This document shows, piece by piece, positions 23,256 through 33,936 of a DNA stretch of 64,000 nt. Made by a program: the position numbers and the translations under genes. Numbering within the stretch: the stretch's first letter is position 1; each line of letters opens with the position of its first letter. The notes beneath the pieces are model-generated. The model was not told the DNA's origin, did no database searches, and was given only the letters and a program-made list of their open reading frames with translations. This stretch comes from Chlorokybus atmophyticus (Eukaryota; Plantae; Mesostigma and Chlorokybus algae): the NCBI GenBank assembly GCA_009103225.1, contig RHPI01002491.1:62001-126000 (forward strand), written 5' to 3'.

Positions 23256-26200
23256 TTAGCATCCATTGTCATTGGGAACCAAGATGGTCAAGGCACCCAG
23301 GTTAACATCTCCTTGGTTGAAGGAACCTACAAACAGGGTGCCATCAGGACTTTGTCGAATGGGCAAGGGATCTTGGAACCCTGTAGCTATCACTGTGGTT
23401 GATTCCACAGTGGTGCCATCGGCGGAGAGCGCCAGAGACAATACGTTGTCGTACAGTGAGTAACCAGTAAAGAGAAGATGGCCCTTCAATTGACCTGTGG
23501 CAAATCTGATGTTAGCAGCTTTTATGTCGCGCACAGCACAGCTCACTCAATCCAGATGTCAACAGGACTCACCGCAAAACTTGTCTGAAGTATACTCTAT
23601 AACTCCATCTGGAGAAATATGATTGCCCATGACCTGCATGGGTGGTGTGTAGTTCGCATTGGTGTAGGACACCTTTTGAAAGCTCCCATCATAGAAGACG
23701 CAGTTACCAAGGGCAGGGTTGGGGTGTCCATAGTTGGCGCCACGCACGATGTCGTGCAGCAGGTCTGGTTGATCACCAGGGTCCAAGGGGTCCTTGGGCA
23801 TCTGATAATGTTCAAGTCCTTGACACGTAGCTACTGTCTGACTCGGCACAACACCAGCAACACCCTTGCCATTGTCTCCACCGTAGATATGCCCATTACT
23901 GTGAAACACGAAATCAAACATGTTCCGGATGCCATTGGCATATTTAGAGACCTGGCAGGTTGCTGAGTTGGCAGTGTCAGCGATGCCAGTGGTGTCGTCA
24001 ACTGCAGAAGAACATGCGCCCCAGGTGGAAGGGTCCCAGCTGGGGTTGAGGACATCAGCATAGAACAGTCCTCCGCTGAGGACTTGCTCCGGTCGACTGA
24101 GAAAGGCACCTGGGTAGTCGTTCGCACCCCCAGCATTGGTATTGCTGCCAATGGCAAAGTAGAGTAGGCCATCAGGTCCAAAGTGCAGATTGTTCACAGC
24201 GTGATCCGCCATGGATCGTGGCAACCCAGTGATGTAGTCATTTCGCGTGGCAAAATTTGCACCAGACAACTTCGTTATCACTCCACTGTTTGCCAACCCT
24301 GCATCCCCTTTCCTCCCAGTGCCAACGGAAGATGAAACCCACAGCATGACATTGGTATCGGTCGACGAGGGATCAACCTCAATGCCCAGTGTCAGTCGCC
24401 CATACAGGGTGCCAACAATCTGTTCGCTCGAAATGTTCCAGTTGCTGTCGAACGTATAGATATGGATGTTGCCGAAGTACTCGCAGACATACAGCTTGTC
24501 ACTAAAGAACACCATTCCAGTTGGCGAATATGTGAGTGGAATATCAGTGCGCGAAAACTGGACAGGTGGCGGTGGCGAAGGTGGCGTAGGATTGGGCAAA
24601 GTATCCAGAGTGTAGCTTAGAAACTGGAACTGAACTGCAGTGGTGGCCGTAGAGTGCGTACCATATATTCCACCAAAAGTTGTCGTGCCAATTGTTGGGT
24701 CAATGATAGCACCATCAAAAGAAAAGAGGCGCGGGTCAGCAGGGATGACTGCCACTTGCACAACAGTAGGATCTGCTGACGTCCAGTAACTGCACAAAAC
24801 CACATACTGTAAGTCCTGTGCTAGCCTTAGTGAAGTAGCTGCAGGTGTGCCGCACTTCAATGGGACTGGCTGCAACATGCTCCCATACCTTCCAGTGACA
24901 GTCTGTGCAAAGGGGTTGGCGAGCAACTCGAGTGTAATATCCACACTCGTGAAATCGGATGAAGCTGAGACTGCCTTCTGTTGCAAAGTACCACCCAGCT
25001 CCGAAAGGATTTCTACAACTTGCCCACTTGAGGTGCTCACAACCTGCAACCAATCAGGTCAGCAGACAAGTCAAACATGACACTCTTATAAGTAAATTGG
25101 TTACTTACATTCACTTTGATGTAATTGTCTTGATCTACACCAAACCAAAGACCCGCTTGCTCGTAAGCTTGCTCTCCAACTGGAGGATTCCTGATGATCG
25201 TCCGTAACTGCACCAGCGAATCTGGCGGCGCAATACCATAACCTAGTCTGTTGTCTTGGCTGTTCAGCGCCTGCCGAGACCATATATTGTTACATAAAGT
25301 CTCAGCCAGCAACACCGAACACTACCACATCACAAGAATAACATGCCAAAATGTTGACAATCCTTGCAACAGACAAGCATCCCAAAGTCAAGCTGTACCT
25401 CGTAGGCATCGCCAGCAGTAGTGGTGTATACCAAAGCGCCAGATGTTCGATCTACCAACAAGTTGTTTTGTAGATACTGGCCGTACTCTTCGTTTTCTAC
25501 AATGAGAAAGCCCAGACCAAGGCCGCTCTGGTCTTGAACCTTGCCCGCGCGATCCTGACTCCAATCCAAGTAGAGCGGCTCTGGAGCAATCAGCCCAGGG
25601 CATCCTGCTGGTGGGACTTGAACAGGTGCACAATATCGCACATTTCCTCGCACAATATTGAACGACGCTTGCACTTGAATCTGTGCCAGCCGCGTCGCTG
25701 TGGACACCTCGGTTGTGGTAACCACTGCAGAGGCAGTATGTCCACCAGCGTACACACCATCCGCATCAAATGGGTAAGCATATCCAGCATCCAACGGATC
25801 AACTCCAGCGAAGTCGAAGGGTACTGTGGTCACATTCTGGGATGGCGCATATGGCACTGCCTCGTTGTTGAGCATGTACTGCACACTTTGGACGTATTCA
25901 TATGCAGCTGCCAAGAAAATGTACACCTTCCCAGACACCTGGGCACCTTCGAGTGGCAATGCGCCAGACCTATCACTAGCTGTGCTGTACAGCAGACTGT
26001 ACGTGCCAACTGGCGCAGGTGCTATGATTGGCGATAAAGCTGGTGCAGAGATTCCTGGTGTGGGAGCGCTGGGTACAAAAACAGGGGGTGCTCGCGGTTG
26101 AGGTCCTCCTTGAGGTGAAGTACCTGGTGACGAAGCTGGCCTTGGAGCTGGCGGCGCGCTGCCCCCAGAGCCACTTCCAGGTGAAGAACTGGCTGAACCG

Positions 26201-27142
26201 CCACTTGCAGGATCAGAACTACCCTTCAATTTTACAGCCAGAACAACCGCAACGGGGACCGCAACAAGTACGAGAAGCAGGAGCAGCAAACACAGCAGTC
26301 GCTTTCCAGCAAACCAGCTCTTCCGCTCCTCCCGACTCTGGAGATCACTGCAAAAAGCATGCAAACGGTTAATGCAGAAACGCAGAACATGCCTCGACCC
26401 TTCACCCCAACGAATCATGGTGACTATGTACAAGACGACCTACGAGCTGTGAGGCAATGGCGCATACCGCACCTCCCCCAGCCGTACGCAACAACCGTCT
26501 ACAACACCAGATACCATGCTCACAAACTCTGCTTGAATGCAAGCAAACAGCTGTCATGCTTGAAATGCTGCATGTAGCCTAGTCCTGCACGCCAATGTAG
26601 GGTGTTTCCAAGCAACTCTGCTGTCAGTGACCTCTGACAGCACGGCGGGCCATGACGGCATTGATGATCTCAACGATGTGCACGCCAACAACGACACAGC
26701 CAACCATGCCATGTAAATCCGCACAGACGAGAACCGACCGGCGCACGAGCTGGTACTGGGCACCGGCTGCGTACCTAGAATCAGGTGACAGCGGGACGGC
26801 CGTTGCAGCGCCATGGCTGGCGGCCTTGGGACTGTAAGCCGGGCGCTGTGCAACAAGGGGTTCAGCTGAAGCAGCAGCAGGTGTCTCGCGTGCGGGTGCG
26901 GATGGTGCGGCAACTGCGCCGTAGGCACCGGCGCCGGCAAACAGGTCGCGGCTGGCGGAGGCAGGGGCGGGAATGCCATGGACTGGCAGCCTCCGTGAAG
27001 TGACCGGCGTCAGCGTCGCCGGCGACGGCGATGGCACAGGGCTTGGAGGAGGAGGAGGAAGTGGTGGAACGGGAGCGAGAGCTGAAGGCGGCGACGGCGA
27101 CGATTCCACCTGAAGCACCCGCCGCTTGGCAGGGGTGGCCAT
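23256..27142 (-). CDS. Type II membrane protein with a bacterial-type ectodomain: Ig-like module, ConA/lectin-like module and glucose/sorbosone-dehydrogenase-like beta-propeller (5 exons)
   Basis: Exons 27142(or 27166)-26775, 26347-25399, 25270-25109, 25043-23573 and 23494-23256 join in phase. One transmembrane segment (LLCLLLLLLVLVAVPVAVVLAV) and a Pro/Ser/Gly linker. Propeller motifs: HAVNNLHFGPDGLLYFAIGSNTNAG, GIRNMFDFVFHSNGHIYGGDNG, YGHPN. Confidence 0.85.
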
Positions 27143-29289
27143 CCCACCCCAAAATCTGCCACGCACCGCCCCTAGCGGGGCACTTCGTCAGATCCGCCCC
27201 TAACCCTGCATGCACACAACCAGCAACCCAGTGCTAGGACCGGCGGCTACTCCGCCGCCGCCGGCAATGACGCCACCACCAACACCAGCGCCGCCACCAC
27301 TGCTACCGCTGTAGCGACACGTTTGCCCGATTGCACCGTTAACCTACAGCACAGTCTGCCGCGCAAAGCAATTAATGCCAGCGAGCCACTTTGCATGTGG
27401 CGCAATGCATGCGGCCGTCCGTGCGCTGCACGTAGCGATTGTGTACTAGCACTTTGCCAGTGGCAATGCTCAGCAATCATGAAGATCAACGCAAGCATTG
27501 ATGAGTTCCAGGATCAGGCCAGTTTGGCGGCAAACGAGGAAGTGAGAGGGGCCTTTCGTTATAAGCACCTTGTCATTTTGCTCAGAGCCAGTAGAGGCTG
27601 TGCTGTCTCAACGAACGCAACGGAACAGTACGGTGCCCACCATCTAGGCTGCAGTCCCTATATTACCTCTACATGCGTCCGTCTACGCGTTGACACGCGT
27701 TGATCATGTGATCCTCTTTCGCGGCTGCGCATGCGTGCGGTTGTCATCGATTATTGCTTTTGCTCCCCCACCGCCCGTGCGCCGGTTCTTCAATAACGGA
27801 TATGTGCGCCCGTGTCGAGCATCAAGTGCAGTGTCATTTCCCGCTGCGCTTGGGCTGGCCCAGCTCAGCGCCTGCAGCGGGCGAGCCGAATCTATCAGGT
27901 CACTTTTGCCTATCGTCCCTCCCGCCATGTTGAGATCCATTGAGCTAGGGCGCGACTTTCCGCTCGCATCAGCAGGATTGGATTTTCAAGTCAGCCGGCG
28001 ACGGTGGTTTTACGGAACACGACACACACGCAGTCGCCGGTACACACTAAATCAGTAATACCAGTGTTAACGGTGCTTCTTCGGACTTTCGCCAATGCGT
28101 CATTTTCGCTTAAGTTGCACCAAAGGGGTGGGTCCGTCGCCATTGGCGAAACCCCCCTGTTCCCGCCAAATTCGACTAAGTATAGGCATTGCATTTTACG
28201 ATAAACGAAGTGTTCCGGCCAAGTGAGCAAATCTATGAGGGAAATCATGTTACGCATGATTCATATACCATATGTATATAGCAATATATGATATAGGCTA
28301 TTTTAAATGGCCAATATTGTGCAATATAGTAAGAATAGTATGCATATAATATATATTTAAATTAAAAGAACATAGTCTCAGATTTAACAATTATACAAAA
28401 CGTATAGAACATACGTGCGATAGTGTCGCAATACTAACTTATGAATAGCAAATTTGCAAGGTTTCACATTACAGCATGGTCACAAACGTGTCAATTGCTC
28501 AGCAAATCAAGGGCAAATGCTATTGCTATTACACACACAGCTGCTAGCAGGCTTTGCCAGGTTTTGCTGGCATTCGCCAGACGCACCAGAAGACATGCAC
28601 CACTCGCCAAGGGCCCGGAGGAAGCACCGTTAACACTGAGTATTACTGATGCCTTTTTGCCCGACAGCGGCTGCTTGAGCGCTCTCGCGACGTGGCTGCT
28701 TGTCGCCGTGTTGCCGAGTTGGCACTCTCACACTCTTTGACCGCCTTAACTGCATGGCCTCGTGGACCACGAGGCATGAGTTATTTAACACGCAATAAAT
28801 GTAACGGTATGTGTCTCGTGCTCTGTGCTTTGCGATATTGCGCTAAATACAACTGCCCACCCGCGAGCGGCCGCACCGGTGAGTGTGCGCACGAGCCATG
28901 AGTCATGAAGCACGAGCTGGGACTCCTCCCAGCCTGGGAGGCACGAGTTGTGTCCCGCTCCGCGATTAGCGAAATAGGCCTAGCGATCTCAACCAAGGCC
29001 TTCATGTCATGTAGAGAATCTGTGGGCGCGCCACGACAACTTCAGATTGCTGGTTGACTACGGTAGTTAATTGGTTACGACGCTCGGTCGGAAGGACGCG
29101 GCAGTTCACCGTCCACCTTGCTTGCGCATGATGAGCGGGCCCGTACAGGTCGCTGTAAAGTGCAACACCGAGGCAGGGGAAAAGTGCACTGCAGTGCACT
29201 CACAGATGAACGGCAATGTCGCGTGGCAAAATGCGATTGCACGCGCATCACGAAGCCAAACACAGTCTTATTCTCCTAAGGGGGCACGG

Positions 29290-29578
29290 TCATGGGTCAT
29301 GACTCGTGACTCATGAAGCTGTAGCTGTTTCTGTGCATAAAAAATTGGCTCCATGTTAGCTTCGAAACATGTACTAGGGTATTCGTTTGCAATGTCGGAT
29401 AGTTACCTAATTTCGGATAGCTCGCACGTAATGATCATGGGTCATGAGTTGTGACTCATGAAGCTGTAGCTGTTTCTGTGCATTTAAAATTGGATCCATG
29501 TTAGCTTCGAAACATGTACTAGGGTATTCGTTTGCAATGTCGGATAGTTACCTAATTTCGGATAGCTCGCACGTAATG
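29290..29578. repeat. Tandem duplication, 145-bp period, 2 copies
   Basis: TCATGGGTCATGA...GATAGCTCGCACGTAATG occurs at 29290 and at 29435 with few mismatches. Confidence 0.92.
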
Positions 29579-32333
29579 GTGTTTTGAGCGCAATGGCTGT
29601 TGCAGTTGACGGTCAATACGAGTGCTTGTGGTTATGGCGCGTAGCTAAGAGCCAAACAAGTGCGCTCATTAAGTTTCAACCCCAATGAACGCATTGCCTC
29701 AATGCGGTGTGTGAAGTTGTTGATTGTATGCTGCAGCACGGTTTAAATCACTCTGAAATCATCTAGATAGGTGTTACATAATGGAGGTAGAGGGCTCTAT
29801 GTAATGCATAATAATAGAAATGGTTGAATTAGTGTCGTGCTTGCACAAGCTTGCATACCACGAGCAAGCACACACACCGCCACAGCAAGCGCAACAAGCG
29901 TATGCACGTGCAGCATCATTAACTGCATGTTGACCGCTATATAAGGCGCAACCCAACCCAATATGTTAGCCAGCAATACTAAAAAAGACCAGCTGGAAAG
30001 TAGACCTTGGTAAATGTCTGTAGATATGAACATGAGGTATGCCTAGTTGTGGAATTAGGGTAAACCCTAGTTCCCCAGTCTAACTTTTCCAAAGCCCTAG
30101 TTGAAAATGCAGTCTATGTATGTGATCAGATAAAATTGAACTGCACCAGAGTACCCCGCAACTTTACTCAATTAATTGCTGAACGAAGAAAAGAGATAGA
30201 CATTAGGCATAGCTAGTCCCACAATCAGATATGCGACAGGTTGCATAGGTAATGATCAGAGTTGATAGAGTACTTAGCTTACAAGACCTACTGTCAACTT
30301 GTTGAACACTAGATAGTCCAGCTTTCACACTAGCTCATGACCAGCCCTAATACAGAGCAATCTAATGGTGATGTACACATGCAAAATAGTCATGGTAGAG
30401 CTGCAAGAGCAGGCGCTAGCCGTACCAGCATAACCATCAGCATATGCACAGCAACAATGAGCAACAACAACAACGATAACGACAACAATCACGACAACAC
30501 ATGCACATGCAGGCGTCTCTGAAGGGGGGAAGGGTTAGAACTGCGCGCACCCACAATAACAATTAGCAGGTTCAGACTCAACATTAGAGTTGAGAAGGGC
30601 AAAAGGCACAACCAATGATCTGGTGGGGAGGGTGCTTGGGCACACGCGCAGCGGGGAAAGGGACAAGCACACACTTTAACCTACGTTTGTGTAGGTCATG
30701 GTGGTGGGTGCGTGAGTTTGAGTACAAATCTGAGCGGGTGAGAGAGAAAGATGACAATACACACGAGCGCTTGCATGCATGCCAGTGCGCGCGCGGGTTG
30801 TGTCCACATGTGCGACCTCACCTTAAGGTGAACGCTTGTGCAAGGGTTTAGCGACACGCAGTTACATAAAGGAGCTGCAGCCGTCCCAGCCATGAGGAGT
30901 GTAAGAGCAACAGGTAGCAGAAGCATGCAGCCCGCACAAGCGCAAACACTCATTTACAAACACACGCGCACACACACGGCGCTGACGCATGCGCATCAGC
31001 GTACGCTCCCACAACCTTATCGTGAGTTTGTGTGAGCGTGCGCTGATGCGTACGCTCGCTCTATTGGTGACCCCTGAAGAAACGCAGGCTCTATCAAAAC
31101 CTCATTAAAGTGTGGACGCGCACGCATGCGAAGAGTCCAAAGACACCCACTAGACGCCAATGCAACCGAGGGATGCAGTAAAGACACGCATTGACATCCG
31201 CAAAGCAGTTTATGTTCATGGCATGCGTCCAATCATACAAGAAACAAATAATTCGCACACTGTGACATTACTAACACGCACGCACAAGCATGCAGCACGC
31301 ATTCAGACATACATGCATGCAGTACAAAGATGACGCTGACAGCTGTGCACCTTAGCCTCAAGGAAGCAAAAGGGATTGTGATGATGGGCGTGAGGGGCCC
31401 AGGAGAGAGAGGGCGGAGGGAGGCAGAGGGGGAAGAGAGGCAGAGGGTGAGGCGATATGTCATGCCAGCGGTCCAGGAGGGGCCAACTTCCTCGTTGATG
31501 CCTACAGCCAGGCGTCGTTCCCGTGCTACCAGCATTGACAATCCTTTTTATCAGTCATGCCTACGGTCAGACATTGACCCCGGCTACCAGCATGAGTCCC
31601 ACGCAACACGAAGCAGTTGTCACTTAGTCTTCATAGATACCTAGTATAATCCGTGCTAGCTGCTCCGTTGCGAACTCTGACTTGGGCTTGCGCTACGTCA
31701 TTTCGTAAACTAGCCGTTATCATAGGACTGAACAGATGTCACTTGACTATAAGAGCTTAGGACTTAGTCTCTATACGTTAATGACACTGTAAGTGAGAAG
31801 TGAAAGACTTGAAACTAAAAAGTACGAATGTTGATATTTACAGCGCTCGGGACTTGCTCTCTGAAGGTTGTGGCTTGATGTGACTGCATCACCTCACCGT
31901 CCCGGCCAACACACATCTACACGTGAGAGAATGCAGTGGATGCACACGTGCATTGCTTGTCACTTGATGTAATTGTGGTTTTGTGGGTGCACGTTGTGTG
32001 GTCCGCATCAGAGTGTGGTATCCACGAGTTGCCGCATTTATACACCTCACTTAACAGTGGAATTATCTTGACCTCATTCAAGGAACTGTATAAGCAGCAC
32101 TACCTCTAGTAGTGGCTTGTTGACTTACAGTGTCATCCCCTTGTACAAGTGAGTGTCGTGCATCAGCGTGGCTTGCATTATTTCAGCGGCGTTTGTTGCA
32201 TCAGTGTTGTGTTATCATTGCCAGCACATAGTGCATTTGCAAGTACTAGTGTGTTTAGTGGTAGCATTGGGGGAGCACCAGTAGAGCACACACATTTTGC
32301 CTTGCTTTCTCATGCGCTCACCGTGCAACTTGC

Positions 32334-33327
32334 ATGAGTGAGTTTACACCAGTTAGAGAGTCCACTCATCGGTACGTGCTTTCCCCTGTGGCCGAGGAGA
32401 CCACCAGCGACTTTGACAGTTTATTGGGCTCGAACTTGTCATACGGACGATACGATGAAGAAGAGGGCGACGACATAACAGCGACAGCCCTCGATTTTCA
32501 CCAGTATTCCGTTCCAGCGTACTCAGCCTCGTCATCAAGTTGAAAGCTTTATCGATCAGCTCGACAGCGAAGACATGGAAGCATCCGGCTCCACTCATGG
32601 TCTCACTTTCTCCGAATGTCCTGGCACAAAACCACCGGACGAATGGATCATCAAGTTCGACTCCAGGATGAGCTACCATGCGATCAAGACTCCCAGCTGG
32701 TCAGATGTAGTGTCTTTTTGCATGGCTGCAACTTGCTTCGACCACGAGGCACATGAGGTGTATATGTCAGTTGCTGCACAGCATGAGATTTGAGGATACG
32801 GAGTTCTTGCCGGCACTGGAGTCCTGCCCATGGAAGCATCAACTCCTGGCTTCCCTGCCACGCCCATTGTTCCAGCTGCCCGACTGCAAGGCCCTACTCT
32901 TACGGAAGCTTTCGCCGCAGCACAATTGACAGCTGAAGCAAATATACCAGTAGTTGATCCTGCATTGGTCGACCGCGAGTTGGCAGCAGAGCAACAAGCA
33001 CGCCGGTCCTAGGTGCAACTGGGCGTTCAAGCTAATGGCAGAATAGCAAACTGCGCTTGAGGAAGCACAAGCACGATAGCGCGTCACCACACCCGGTACT
33101 CCAATCCGGACAAGGACTCAGGGAACCCGAGACACGGCTGAAGGCAGCACACTGACTTCAGGCTCGGTCAGCATGTAAGAACCCGCTCTCACCGTCAGGG
33201 TGGACCGCACGTTGTCACCCTTGCAGGACTTGTATCTGGCGCTTCGGCGCACATTCCCACCGCAGACCAGTCAGAAGGTGGAGGAGTTGCGTCACTTTAG
33301 GCGCAAGGCAGGGGAGGATCCTCTGCG
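32334..33327 (+). mobile_element. Ty3/gypsy element A, 5' part (degenerate gag, interrupted)
   Basis: Broken ORFs end in LRRTFPPQTSQKVEELRHFRRKAGEDPLR, which joins in frame to TYTRMVKLLKD at 42835. No 5' LTR was recognised. Confidence 0.7.
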
Positions 33328-33486
33328 TGTTGAGGATATTCTTATATCTAGTCAGCTTGCCCTGTGGATACAAATAGCCACGAGAAGATTCAGGCGCGAG
33401 AAGGTGCCCGTCGAGAAAGGTCCGGGCGAGGACTTCAGTCTAGAAGGTTCCAAGCGCGGATTCGAGTACGGAGTCTGGAGACTTCC
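33328..33486 (+). mobile_element. Solo LTR B, left part
   Basis: Begins TGTTGA exactly at the gag-A breakpoint. Left TSD candidate CTGCG (33323-33327). Confidence 0.6.
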
Positions 33487-33827
33487 TGTAACGGAGTGCT
33501 ACCGCTATGCGGTTCCCCGCCCTTATTTACTTAGAAATAAGGGTCCCAACGGGATAAACCGCCATTAAAGTCGTATTAGGGCCTTTATAGGCCCTAATAA
33601 GGTGTTATGTTATTTAACACCAATATGAACTTGAGACATGAGTTTCAAGTCAATATCGGCCGCATGGCGGCGCTACTAACGCTGCGACCGCCATAGCCAG
33701 GGGATCTTTCGATCCCTTGGCTGCCAGCGGAGGCGGAGGCGGCGGCAACGTGGCTGTTGGTGGTGGTGTTGGGGTAGGGGATTACTAGGGGCGGTAGCCC
33801 CCCCCTCGCCATTGGCGAAACCCCCCT

Positions 33828-33936
33828 NNNNNNNNNNNNNNNNNNNNNNNNNNNNNNNNNNNNNNNNNNNNNNNNNNNNNNNNNNNNNNNNNNNNNNNNN
33901 NNNNNNNNNNNNNNNNNNNNNNNNNNNNNNNNNNNN
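33828..33936. other. Assembly gap (N run) inside or at the end of the 5' LTR of element C
   Basis: Run of N. Confidence 1.

Noticed and set aside
30055-30075. Telomere-like TAGGGTAAACCCTAG
   Set aside because: A single inverted pair, not an array; too short to call an interstitial telomere.
32112-32126. 15-bp match GTGGCTTGTTGACTT with about 45153 as the LTR pair of element A
   Set aside because: Similarity does not extend on either side; a 15-mer match is expected by chance in 64 kb.
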